Below, one piece after another: positions 20,459 to 28,838 of a stretch of DNA of 64,000 nucleotides (positions are counted from its first letter, which is position 1; each line of letters opens with the position of its first letter). A program made the translations under genes and the position numbers. The stretch spans positions 17,122-81,121 of the forward strand of contig CACWLK010000004.1 in assembly GCA_902761715.1 (NCBI GenBank), read 5' to 3'. The notes under the pieces were generated by a model, which saw nothing but the letters and a program-made list of their open reading frames with translations, ran no database searches and was not told the origin of the DNA. Origin of the DNA: an uncultured Rhodospirillales bacterium (GTDB taxonomy: Bacteria > Pseudomonadota > Alphaproteobacteria > RF32 > CAG-239).

Positions 20459-23005
20459 ATGAAAAATATGAAACATTTAATAGCTGCAGTGCTCATTGCA
20501 TGCGGCTGTATATACGCTTCACAAGCATATGCGAGTGTGTGTTTCCTCCCCTCCGGTGACTGCGGAGATTCAGGCGTTAACCCTGATGACTACATCCCTG
20601 ATTCTGACGCCCTTAAGACCAAATGCGCCGAGGCCGGCTATACTGTTGCCAAAAGCGACTGTGTTGACCCCAAAAAAATCGGTGATTTTTGCCCTTACGA
20701 CAACAAATGGGTCATCTGTTGCGCTCCTGAGTTCACCAACCAATGCGACAGCACAAACGAAATCGCAGAACGATGCGGCAATTTAGTAAAATGCGTCTGC
20801 CCTGATAAATTTGACTACTATGAAAGCGGTGATAACTGCATACGTCTCAGCAATGGTTCCTCTTATGCCAACGCTCGTGGTGACCGCAATAAAGGTATCT
20901 GTTATTTAAGAGAATATAAAAACGATGCCATAACTACAACCTCGCTTTATCAAGGTTGTTTGTGTAACGCAACCACCTATCCGCGTACTCCTGAGATTTG
21001 CCAAAACAAAGGCATGAAACCCGGCGGCATTATGTGCCAAGACGCCCCTGACGGTGATGAGCATTACAGCAAATGCGTCTGCGAAGAAACAACGCTGAAA
21101 TCATCTTGTAGTTATGGTATCCCAAACAATGCAACTACCTGTACCGATGAGGACGGATTGCAATATGTTTCTGAATGCTGCCAGTGTAATCAGGCAACTT
21201 ATCCGTATGACACACTTCCCAGTGAGGTCAAAACTTATGTCAAATGTACTACCGAGCGTAGTTGTTCCGGTGGTAGTCGTGAACGCTATAGAGCCACATC
21301 CTGCAACTCCGGATACGCTCTTAATGATGCCGGCAAATGCGTAAAAGAAACCTGTTCCAACGCCATTAAGGAACTGTTAAAAGCCACTTCAGACACGACC
21401 TATGGCCTTTTGACCACAACCAAAGTAATTGACGGCAACGGCAATACCAGCACGGCCAAAAAAGCCATTGTTGCTGATAGCGTTACCATAACCACCGCCG
21501 GCACCAACGGCTCTTCATCTTATACCCGTGAATATTGCATAAAGCGTGAGTGTCAAAAAGCCTCAGGCCCGCAACCGAATTATCCTAACGATCCTAGTTG
21601 TTTTTGCCGGACCTGCGGTATATGGCAACGTTCTACGAGTTTCTATGATGAGTTTGGCAACTATGACCCTTATAACGGCGCCCGTGAGCAATGGTACTTC
21701 AACCAAGTCGGAGCAACCTGCAATCAGCTGGAGCAAGCTCAAACCGGTGATTCATATTATGGTTGTAATAAAGACAATAATGGATATGGAAACACCAGCA
21801 AATATTTAACAGCCGTTTGTACTCAGACCACACTGAAAACCACAACCACTACCCAGGCGAAAGGACTGGTCGGCTCCGAAGCTACTGAATACATTTCAGC
21901 ATCTGAATATCTCAAAAAATTTGGTGATGATCCCATTGCCGATAACGCCAAAAACAACTGTAGCGGTATGCCGATTATTACCTATAAAGCATCAACTTTC
22001 CCGAGCAATGATTCGGCAACTAGTTCTAGTATAATCACATTCAAGAACGTAGAGCTCAACTTCCCGAGCATCGTTTCTATCTATCGTAGAGTAGTCATTA
22101 ATAATGGAGCTTTGACTGTCGATGGAACTCTTAATGACCATGGTTACCTTGAATTGCAGGGAGAAGGTGAAGTCAATATATCCGGCATTTTGAATATCCA
22201 CAACATTTTCAGTGCCTCAGGATATTCTTTCAACAGTGACTCTTCATATTTTGGCAGAGGCACGTTGGTTGACATCAGCCCGTCAACCATTAGCAACTCA
22301 ATCAGACTTGGAGACGGTCAGACTTTTGCTGTCGGGAACTTCCAAATCGGAAATAACACCGATACATACAGAAGCCGTTACAACGTAAGTATAACCGATT
22401 CAGAAACTGGTAAAGGATGCTCAGACACATCACATCTCCCATCAGCTAGTTCTGTGAGCAAGGTTTTCTCCTTCTACGGATCAAATAGCAGCTCACCTGC
22501 CAGTGTATATACCAACCTGCAACTGGGTTGGACAGGTTCCGGTAACTATCGCGCAAGAGGTTTAACCTTAAAACTATCAAATGCGCTTGACTGGTATATG
22601 TACAATCCTAACAGTACAGCAAAATACACTATTGGATTGAGCACAGGAAGCAAAATATATGTTACTGATAACAATGCCCGCATTATGAAAGGACGCAATT
22701 CTATCTACAAAAAATGTGAAATGGTATCGCAAGTTGATTACCAACGTCACAATCACTACAAAGTTACTAAATGCGGTTGTGACTGTAACCGTGATGGTCA
22801 CATATATGACAAGATTGCTTATATAACTTGTACAGCCAGTGATACCGGTTACAAGACGGTAGGTTACTCGACCAAAACACAGATTTGCAAAAGCGGTAGT
22901 AATTGTGGCGATCGAGCCTCATACATAGATACTAACTGCCAGATGACCTACCAAAGCTGTAATCATTGTAGCAGGTCTCCTGCAAGTCTGATAACCTGCG
23001 AATAG
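20459..23005 (+). CDS. Secreted cysteine-rich protein, paralog 2 (848 aa), unknown family
   Basis: GGGAGG RBS upstream. Signal peptide MKNMKHLIAAVLIACGCIYASQAYA|SV; LIAC is lipobox-like. About 50 Cys by hand count. It shares conserved blocks with paralog 1 (VCFLP.G.C.DS, DCV.P..IGD.CPYDN.WV.CC, CCQCN, RYRA.SC..GY, TIGLSTGSKIY). Confidence 0.88.
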   Translation: MKNMKHLIAAVLIACGCIYASQAYASVCFLPSGDCGDSGVNPDDYIPDSDALKTKCAEAGYTVAKSDCVDPKKIGDFCPYDNKWVICCAPEFTNQCDSTNEIAERCGNLVKCVCPDKFDYYESGDNCIRLSNGSSYANARGDRNKGICYLREYKNDAITTTSLYQGCLCNATTYPRTPEICQNKGMKPGGIMCQDAPDGDEHYSKCVCEETTLKSSCSYGIPNNATTCTDEDGLQYVSECCQCNQATYPYDTLPSEVKTYVKCTTERSCSGGSRERYRATSCNSGYALNDAGKCVKETCSNAIKELLKATSDTTYGLLTTTKVIDGNGNTSTAKKAIVADSVTITTAGTNGSSSYTREYCIKRECQKASGPQPNYPNDPSCFCRTCGIWQRSTSFYDEFGNYDPYNGAREQWYFNQVGATCNQLEQAQTGDSYYGCNKDNNGYGNTSKYLTAVCTQTTLKTTTTTQAKGLVGSEATEYISASEYLKKFGDDPIADNAKNNCSGMPIITYKASTFPSNDSATSSSIITFKNVELNFPSIVSIYRRVVINNGALTVDGTLNDHGYLELQGEGEVNISGILNIHNIFSASGYSFNSDSSYFGRGTLVDISPSTISNSIRLGDGQTFAVGNFQIGNNTDTYRSRYNVSITDSETGKGCSDTSHLPSASSVSKVFSFYGSNSSSPASVYTNLQLGWTGSGNYRARGLTLKLSNALDWYMYNPNSTAKYTIGLSTGSKIYVTDNNARIMKGRNSIYKKCEMVSQVDYQRHNHYKVTKCGCDCNRDGHIYDKIAYITCTASDTGYKTVGYSTKTQICKSGSNCGDRASYIDTNCQMTYQSCNHCSRSPASLITCE

Positions 23006-23020
23006 GTAAGTCTGTATTCC

Positions 23021-23053
23021 AAAAAAGAGAGAGGATAAAACCTCTCTCTTTTT
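23021..23053 (+). terminator. Rho-independent terminator after paralog 2
   Basis: Stem AGAGAGAGG/CCTCTCTCT (23025-23033 and 23040-23048) followed by TTTT. Confidence 0.8.
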
Positions 23054-23088
23054 GCTTGTGTATAAGTTACCGATTCACAACCGCAATT

Positions 23089-23117
23089 ATTGACCTTCAC
23101 TATTTTTTAACCTACTG
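23089..23117 (+). promoter_or_regulatory. Degenerate third copy of the promoter cassette (TTGACC-17 nt-TACTGT)
   Basis: CCGATTCACAACCGCAATTATTGACCTTCACTATTTTTTAACC aligns with the cassettes at 17655 and 20368. The -10 is weaker, and it sits about 150 nt upstream of the lipoprotein ATG. Confidence 0.4.
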
Positions 23118-23265
23118 TAGCTTATTATATATGCATAATGCGTTAATAGACTCATCAATTTTGTTTTTATATGTCTACCGGACAATAAACGGAACAGTTT
23201 TTTAATATTATTATCTACAACTTTTATGAAGCGAAATTTATTATTAACAATTAACATTAACAGGT

Positions 23266-24573
23266 ATGAAAACGATCAAGTTTTGGTCAATTATCACAGT
23301 AGCTGTGTTTTTGACCACCATGATGTTTACATCATGCGAGGACCCTCTGGATGACCCTGAAAATCAGGAAATCATCGAAAGTGAAGTCGTTGACGAAGGC
23401 GTTAGCTCTAACGTTACTACTCAACAGCTTTCCGGCACTACCGAAAACGGAAACACCGTTTCCGGCACTGAACTCTCTTATGAGTCATGGATTAGAGTTA
23501 AGACTAAGACCGGACCTAAAAAGGCTCCTGCTTATGCCTCAACCAGAGCTGCTTCCGGTAACGACGGCGACGTTGTTACTGTACTCTTGAAAGACGTGTT
23601 TCACAACACCGATACCACGATTACCCTCAATGACCAATACTTTGATATCGGAGAATACACCACCGATATCTCGTATTATGTCAAAGGTACTCGTCAGGAC
23701 GGTTATGTAACAATCACCGACTCTGTTATGGTCTATACCTTAAGTTTTGAAGATTTTTCTTTTGCGTATGAGCTTGAGTACGAAGTTGCCGTTTATGATG
23801 ACGGCATCACCAAAGAGACCATGCCGTACCACAAAATTAAAAATTTGCAAGACAAGGGGATGGAAATTGTTCCTATCGAGAACATTCATGACGAATCTTT
23901 AACTGTTTTTGCTCGCAGACAAATCAACCACTCCATCACGGTTGAATTCTGTGGCGAGACTTACACCCTCAAGGGCAAAGTCATTCTGCAGACGCCATTT
24001 GGCACTGCGTTTGAACCCTATGTAAAAAAGAGTGATCTCTTGGACGCTCGTTACTATACTGAAGGCGGACAGGTTTATTCTGCATTGAGGCTCAGGCGTT
24101 ATTGGTCTGATGGTCAGACAAAGACAGAAAACGTTAGTGTACCGATAAATGTCAGTATTGACGATGAATTCAAGAGCTTAGTGTTCCATGGTGTACATCC
24201 TGAAAGTATTGAGCTTGTCTCATATGAACTTAGTGATGTGCATAACACCATGTCTCCGATGTATCTCCAACCATATGTTACTTGTGGGGGAGAATATCGA
24301 ACACTTAACATCAACTATGGTTTCTTTGAATTCGGAATGGAAGTCTTTAACGATACCCCATACTATTATGACGGCTATCTGCAATATGATTTCCCTGTTC
24401 CGACCTTCCAGAACTTCCGTTTCTCTGAGCAACAACTCATTCAAAACCAATCTGGGGAAAATGAAACCGGCAAATACGTTGGCTATCGTTTAATTCGCAA
24501 TGTCAAAGCCGATTTCGACAGGCTCGAATGTGAAGCGCAATTCAATATCGGATTGGTGTTCTACGACGAATAA
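23266..24573 (+). CDS. Putative lipoprotein (435 aa), unknown function, Bacteroidota-style N-terminus
   Basis: Signal MKTIKFWSIITVAVFLTTMMFTSC, followed by the acidic stretch EDPLDDPENQE straight after the lipobox Cys. The rest is rich in beta-strand-like Y/T/V/E segments. I recognise no known motif. Confidence 0.75.
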   Translation: MKTIKFWSIITVAVFLTTMMFTSCEDPLDDPENQEIIESEVVDEGVSSNVTTQQLSGTTENGNTVSGTELSYESWIRVKTKTGPKKAPAYASTRAASGNDGDVVTVLLKDVFHNTDTTITLNDQYFDIGEYTTDISYYVKGTRQDGYVTITDSVMVYTLSFEDFSFAYELEYEVAVYDDGITKETMPYHKIKNLQDKGMEIVPIENIHDESLTVFARRQINHSITVEFCGETYTLKGKVILQTPFGTAFEPYVKKSDLLDARYYTEGGQVYSALRLRRYWSDGQTKTENVSVPINVSIDDEFKSLVFHGVHPESIELVSYELSDVHNTMSPMYLQPYVTCGGEYRTLNINYGFFEFGMEVFNDTPYYYDGYLQYDFPVPTFQNFRFSEQQLIQNQSGENETGKYVGYRLIRNVKADFDRLECEAQFNIGLVFYDE

Positions 24574-24600
24574 CACGTTTTCCTACCTTCTTTTCAAAAA

Positions 24601-24634
24601 CACCGCGCAGGCTCGTCCTGCCCGGTGTTTTTTT
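24601..24634 (+). terminator. Rho-independent terminator after the lipoprotein gene
   Basis: Stem CACCGCGCAGG/CCTGCCCGGTG with one mismatch, followed by T7. Confidence 0.75.
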
Positions 24635-24639
24635 ATAAC

Positions 24640-24666
24640 AAAAAAGGACGGCTTTTGCCGTCCTTC
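24640..24666 (-). terminator. Rho-independent terminator after rplQ
   Basis: On the minus strand AAGGACGGC-AAAA-GCCGTCCTT is followed by TTTTTT. Confidence 0.8.
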
Positions 24667-24690
24667 TTAAATCACTAACCGATTCGCTGA

Positions 24691-25281
24691 TTATTTTTCA
24701 GCTGTTTTGGTTGTTTTTTTAGCTTTTGCCGGAGCTTTGGCTTTTTTCTCTTCAGACTTTTTTTCTGTCTTTTTTTCAGCAGGCTTATCAGCTTTTTTCT
24801 CGGTCTTCTTTTCAGCCTTTTTCTCAGCTTTCTTAGCCTCAGCTTCAGCAGCTTTTTCTTGAGCTTCTGCAGTAGCTTTTTCTTCAGCTACACGAGCCAA
24901 ATCTTTAGCGCCTTTAGCTTTTACATCTCTGTCAACCAACTCAACAATAGCCATCTGAGCCGCATCACCATAACGGATACCGGCTTTCAAAACGCGGGTA
25001 TAACCACCGTTGCGATCTTTGTAGCGCTCTGCCAAAGTAGAAAACAACTTTGCAACAACTTCTTCATCACGCAAAAAGGCCAACGCCAAACGACGGCTGT
25101 TCAAATCACCTTTTTTACCAAAAGTAATCATGTTATCGGCAAATGTTCTCAATTCTTTAGCACGTGGCAAAGTAACTGTAATTTGTTCGTGAGTCAACAA
25201 AGCGCAGGTAAGGTTTGAAAACAAAGCTCTTCTCTGGCTGGTCGGCATATTAAATTTTCTATGTGCATCACCATGTCTCAT
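24691..25281 (-). CDS. rplQ: 50S ribosomal protein L17 with a ~80-aa Lys/Ala/Glu-rich C-terminal extension
   Basis: The N-terminus [24 protein letters not shown] and GGYTRVLK are L17 hallmarks. The tail is [41 protein letters not shown]. Confidence 0.93.
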   Translation of the reverse strand: MRHGDAHRKFNMPTSQRRALFSNLTCALLTHEQITVTLPRAKELRTFADNMITFGKKGDLNSRRLALAFLRDEEVVAKLFSTLAERYKDRNGGYTRVLKAGIRYGDAAQMAIVELVDRDVKAKGAKDLARVAEEKATAEAQEKAAEAEAKKAEKKAEKKTEKKADKPAEKKTEKKSEEKKAKAPAKAKKTTKTAEK

Positions 25282-25396
25282 GGCATTTTCCTTTCATTTC
25301 ATATAGTTGTGCTTTGACTGGCAAAGCGGATAATTCCGTACCGATACTACCTTCATACATATCGGTTTTACGCCGAAACATCTTCAGCGCAAGCGC

Positions 25397-25425
25397 AATA
25401 TATATAATATTTTTTATATTTGCAA
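25397..25425 (-). promoter_or_regulatory. Candidate sigma70 promoter for rplQ (TTGCAA-17 nt-TATATT)
   Basis: The minus strand reads AAAAATGC-TTGCAA-ATATAAAAAATATTATA-TATATT. The same AAAAATGCTTGCAA module precedes tRNA-Asp. Confidence 0.45.
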
Positions 25426-25484
25426 GCATTTTTATAATAATATTTTAACCAATCTCCGCCACTCTTAAGCCAAGGAGAAAAGCC

Positions 25485-25922
25485 ATGAAATTATTGCTGC
25501 AACGTGTCAAAAATGCCAACGTCTCGGTTGAGGGCAAAATCGTCGGAAAAATCAATCAGGGGTTACTGATTTTTGTCGGCATTGTCAAAGGCGACACTCC
25601 GCAACAGGCCGAATATTTAGCTCGCAAATCAGCAAACTTACGCATATTTGAGGACGAACAAGGCAAAATGAACCTATCGGTAAAAGATGTTGGCGGCTCC
25701 GCCCTTGTAATTTCCCAATTTACACTTGCCGGCGACTGCACACAGGGCAACCGCCCCGGATTTGACAATGCCGCCCGCCCTGACGACGCTAAATCGCTAT
25801 ATGAATATTTTTCAACCCAACTGAAAGCCAACGGAGTGCCGGTCGAAAACGGCATTTTTCAGGCCGATATGCAAGTTAGCCTAATTAACGACGGTCCAGC
25901 AACCTTTATCCTTGAACACTAA
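25485..25922 (+). CDS. dtd: D-aminoacyl-tRNA deacylase
   Basis: 145 aa. MKLLLQRV, the SQFTL motif and NDGPATF near the C-terminus. AAGGAG RBS upstream. Confidence 0.9.
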   Translation: MKLLLQRVKNANVSVEGKIVGKINQGLLIFVGIVKGDTPQQAEYLARKSANLRIFEDEQGKMNLSVKDVGGSALVISQFTLAGDCTQGNRPGFDNAARPDDAKSLYEYFSTQLKANGVPVENGIFQADMQVSLINDGPATFILEH

Positions 25923-26150
25923 AAAGACTCGAAAATTAGGCTAACCTGCAAAAACCTCTTTTGCTCTCACAAAATGCAAAGAATGGTTTAGATAAAATCA
26001 AAATAAAAAGAGAGAAAATTTTAGTGTACATAGAAGTACATGAATTTTCTCTCTTACCAAATTCCGAGAAAACTCGGAGAATTAGGCTAATACGCAGAAA
26101 CCTCTTTTGTGAAGTGTACAAAGAAGTACATAAACAAAAGAGGTTTCAAG
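25921..26150. repeat. Modular hairpin repeats, copies B1 and B2 (two tandem modules), between dtd and rpoA
   Basis: There are two modules, each starting A(C)TCG(A/G)A(A/G)AATTAGGCTAA...GCA(A/G)AAACCTCTTTTG. Hairpin B1 spans 26008-26055 and hairpin B2 spans 26098-26146. Both have perfect 13-bp stems around the apical motif AGTGTAC-N2-AG-N-AGTACAT. On the minus strand B1 is followed by a T-run, so it is the probable rpoA terminator. Confidence 0.75.
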
Positions 26151-26173
26151 TAGTAGTCAATTATACGAGTTTT

Positions 26174-27184
26174 CTAAAAATGGTCGTCCACTCTCTTAAT
26201 CAACTCCTCAATATTTTCTGGCGGCCAACCTGGTGTTTCCATACCGAGATGGATACCCATTTTAGCCAACACTTCTTTGATTTCATTCAAAGACTTACGA
26301 CCAAAGTTCGGTGTACGGAGCATTTCTGCTTCAGTCTTTTGAACCAAATCACCGATGTAAACGATATTATCATTCTTCAGGCAGTTAGCTGAACGAACAG
26401 AAAGTTCAAGCTCTTCAACCTTTTTCAACAAATTCTTGTTGAATGGCAATTCTTCTTTTTCAGCTTCAACTTCGCTTTCCGGCTCATCAAAGTTAATGAA
26501 CGGTTTCAATTGATCTTGCAAGATACGGGCTGCAAATGCAACAGCATCTTCAGGAGTAACTACACCGTTTGTTTCAACAACCAAAGTCAACTTATCATAG
26601 TCGGTAACTTGTCCTACACGGGTGTTATCAACACGGTAAGAAACACGTTTAACCGGTGAATAGATTGCATCAACCGGAATCAAACCGATAGGAGCATCAG
26701 CCGGTTTATTTTGGCTTGCCGGAACATATCCTTTACCTGTGTTTACAGTTAATTCCATATTAATTTTTGCGCCGGCATCAAGATTACAGATAACCAAATC
26801 CGGATTCATAATCTCAACATCGTGACCGGTTTCAATCATTGCGGCAGTAACCACGCAAGGACCTTCAGCTTTCAAAGTCATAGATTTTGTGCCTTCGCTA
26901 TGAACCGCAACTGCCAAACATTTAACATTCAGCACGATATCGGTAACATCTTCACGAACACCCGGAATAACTGAAAATTCATGCAAAACACCGTCAATTT
27001 TAATGGCGGTAACAGCTCCGCCTTGCAAAGAAGACAACAAAACCCGTCTCAATGCGTTACCAAGAGTGAGACCAAAGCCTCTCTCCAATGGTTCTACCAC
27101 TATTTTAGCTTTGTTTCCGCCATCGCTGGGAACAACATCTAAATTAGTCGGTTTAATAAGTTCTTGCCAATTCTTTTGAATCAC
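26174..27184 (-). CDS. rpoA: DNA-directed RNA polymerase subunit alpha
   Basis: 336 aa. [17 protein letters not shown] and the C-terminal domain [23 protein letters not shown]. Confidence 0.96.
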   Translation of the reverse strand: MIQKNWQELIKPTNLDVVPSDGGNKAKIVVEPLERGFGLTLGNALRRVLLSSLQGGAVTAIKIDGVLHEFSVIPGVREDVTDIVLNVKCLAVAVHSEGTKSMTLKAEGPCVVTAAMIETGHDVEIMNPDLVICNLDAGAKINMELTVNTGKGYVPASQNKPADAPIGLIPVDAIYSPVKRVSYRVDNTRVGQVTDYDKLTLVVETNGVVTPEDAVAFAARILQDQLKPFINFDEPESEVEAEKEELPFNKNLLKKVEELELSVRSANCLKNDNIVYIGDLVQKTEAEMLRTPNFGRKSLNEIKEVLAKMGIHLGMETPGWPPENIEELIKRVDDHF

Positions 27185-27272
27185 TGGGATACCCTCATTT
27201 TTTAGTGCATATGCTATTTTACGAAAATCAAAAGACGGCAGGGCTGTTTTCCAGCCCTACTATCCAGATATA

Positions 27273-27656
27273 TTATACGCGGCGGCGTTTGCGCAAACGG
27301 CAGCCGTTATGTGGAATCGGAGTAACATCACGAATAGTTGTGATGGTAAAACCGACAACCTGCAAGGCTCTGATAGCTGATTCGCGACCTGACCCCGGAC
27401 CTTTAACTTCAACTTCCAGAGTTTTTACGCCGCATTCCATAGCTTTTTTACCAGCATCTTCGGCAGCGACCTGAGCGGCATAAGGAGTAGACTTACGAGA
27501 GCCTTTAAAACCTTGTGCACCTGCGGTAGCCCAAGATACGGTATTGCCTTGAGCGTCAGTAATTGTAATACGAGTATTATTGAAAGTAGAATTCACGTGT
27601 GCAACACCGGCAGTGATATTCTTCTTTTCTTTTTTCTTTTGTATTGCTTTTGCCAT
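27273..27656 (-). CDS. rpsK: 30S ribosomal protein S11
   Basis: 127 aa. [17 protein letters not shown] and [13 protein letters not shown]. Confidence 0.95.
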   Translation of the reverse strand: MAKAIQKKKEKKNITAGVAHVNSTFNNTRITITDAQGNTVSWATAGAQGFKGSRKSTPYAAQVAAEDAGKKAMECGVKTLEVEVKGPGSGRESAIRALQVVGFTITTIRDVTPIPHNGCRLRKRRRV

Positions 27657-27673
27657 TGGGAACCTACCTCTTA

Positions 27674-28042
27674 TTATTTCTTCTTATTGGCGACAGTCTT
27701 ACGTTTACCTTTACGAGTACGAGCATTTTGCTTTGTACTTTGTCCGCGTACCGGCAAACCTTTACGATGTCTCAAACCTCTGTAACATCCGAGATCCATA
27801 AGTCTCTTGATGTTAACGCCAACTTCACGACGCAACTCACCTTCTACGAGGTAGTCACGGTCAATCACTTCACGCACCTTTGCGATGTCTTCTTCAGACA
27901 TATCGCTAACGCGTGCATCAGGGTTGACTCCCGATTTTGCACAAATATCTTGAGCATTTTTTCTACCGATACCAAATATATAAGTCAAAGCGATTTCAAT
28001 TTTTTTGGCAGTCGGAATATTTACACCAGCTATACGAGCCAA
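27674..28042 (-). CDS. rpsM: 30S ribosomal protein S13
   Basis: 122 aa. [10 protein letters not shown] and [21 protein letters not shown]. Confidence 0.95.
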   Translation of the reverse strand: MARIAGVNIPTAKKIEIALTYIFGIGRKNAQDICAKSGVNPDARVSDMSEEDIAKVREVIDRDYLVEGELRREVGVNIKRLMDLGCYRGLRHRKGLPVRGQSTKQNARTRKGKRKTVANKKK

Positions 28043-28166
28043 ATTTCATCTCCATTTATTTAAAATTAATATTAAAAAGTTGATCACCACTTTTCAAAAT
28101 TAAGCGGATTATATGCTAATATTTGATTGTGTCAACCCTTAACTTCATGCTTTCGTTAAAAAATTT

Positions 28167-28838
28167 TTATCGTTTCAAAAGCTCATTGATTCGTGCAGCC
28201 ACAACATCCACGGCACCATTGCCGTCAACACTAATCAAAACGCCTTTTTTACGATAATATTCAATTGTCGGATATGTAAAGTTTCTGTACTTTTCCAAAC
28301 GACGTTCAATGGTTTCTTTGGTGTCATCGAGTCGCTTAGAGAACTTCTTACCGCCGCAAATATCGCATACTCCCTCGACCGCAGGCTTATGGAATTTATC
28401 GCTGTAACTTTCTCCGCAGGTAACGCAGGTATAGCGCCCCAAAATTCTTTCAACGATAACTTTGTCCGGCACCAAAATTTCGAGCACGGCATTAAGCTTT
28501 ATTCCTTTGCCCTCCAACATCTTATCAAGCACTTCTGCTTGATTAAGCGTGCGCGGGAAACCGTCCAAAATAAAACCTTTTTTGCAGTCATCTTCTTCGA
28601 TTCGGTTTGAAACCATTTCAATAATCAGCTCATCGGGAGCAAAGTTTCCTCCGGCGAGCAAAGGCTCCAGCTTTTTGCCAACCGGAGTACCTTTTCTGAT
28701 TTCCTCACGCAACATCTCACCTGCCGACAAATGGCAGATACCATATTTGCGCTTCAAGACACCGGCCTGAGTTCCTTTGCCGGTGCCGGGAGCACCTGTA
28801 ATAACCAGATGCATCCCTTCATTGCTATTTTCAAACAT
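28167..28838 (-). CDS. adk: Adenylate kinase (four-Cys zinc lid type)
   Basis: P-loop GAPGTGKGTQ and lid CVTCG...CDICGG. The start at 28838 forms a TAATG overlap with the secY stop. Met-9 (28814) is an alternative start. Confidence 0.9.
   Translation of the reverse strand: MFENSNEGMHLVITGAPGTGKGTQAGVLKRKYGICHLSAGEMLREEIRKGTPVGKKLEPLLAGGNFAPDELIIEMVSNRIEEDDCKKGFILDGFPRTLNQAEVLDKMLEGKGIKLNAVLEILVPDKVIVERILGRYTCVTCGESYSDKFHKPAVEGVCDICGGKKFSKRLDDTKETIERRLEKYRNFTYPTIEYYRKKGVLISVDGNGAVDVVAARINELLKR

Noticed and set aside
25936-26392. ORFs 25936-26121 (minus strand) and 25961-26392 (plus strand) in the dtd-rpoA gap.
   Set aside because: They run through the hairpin repeat modules and into the antisense of rpoA. 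The region is better explained as structured repeats and a terminator.
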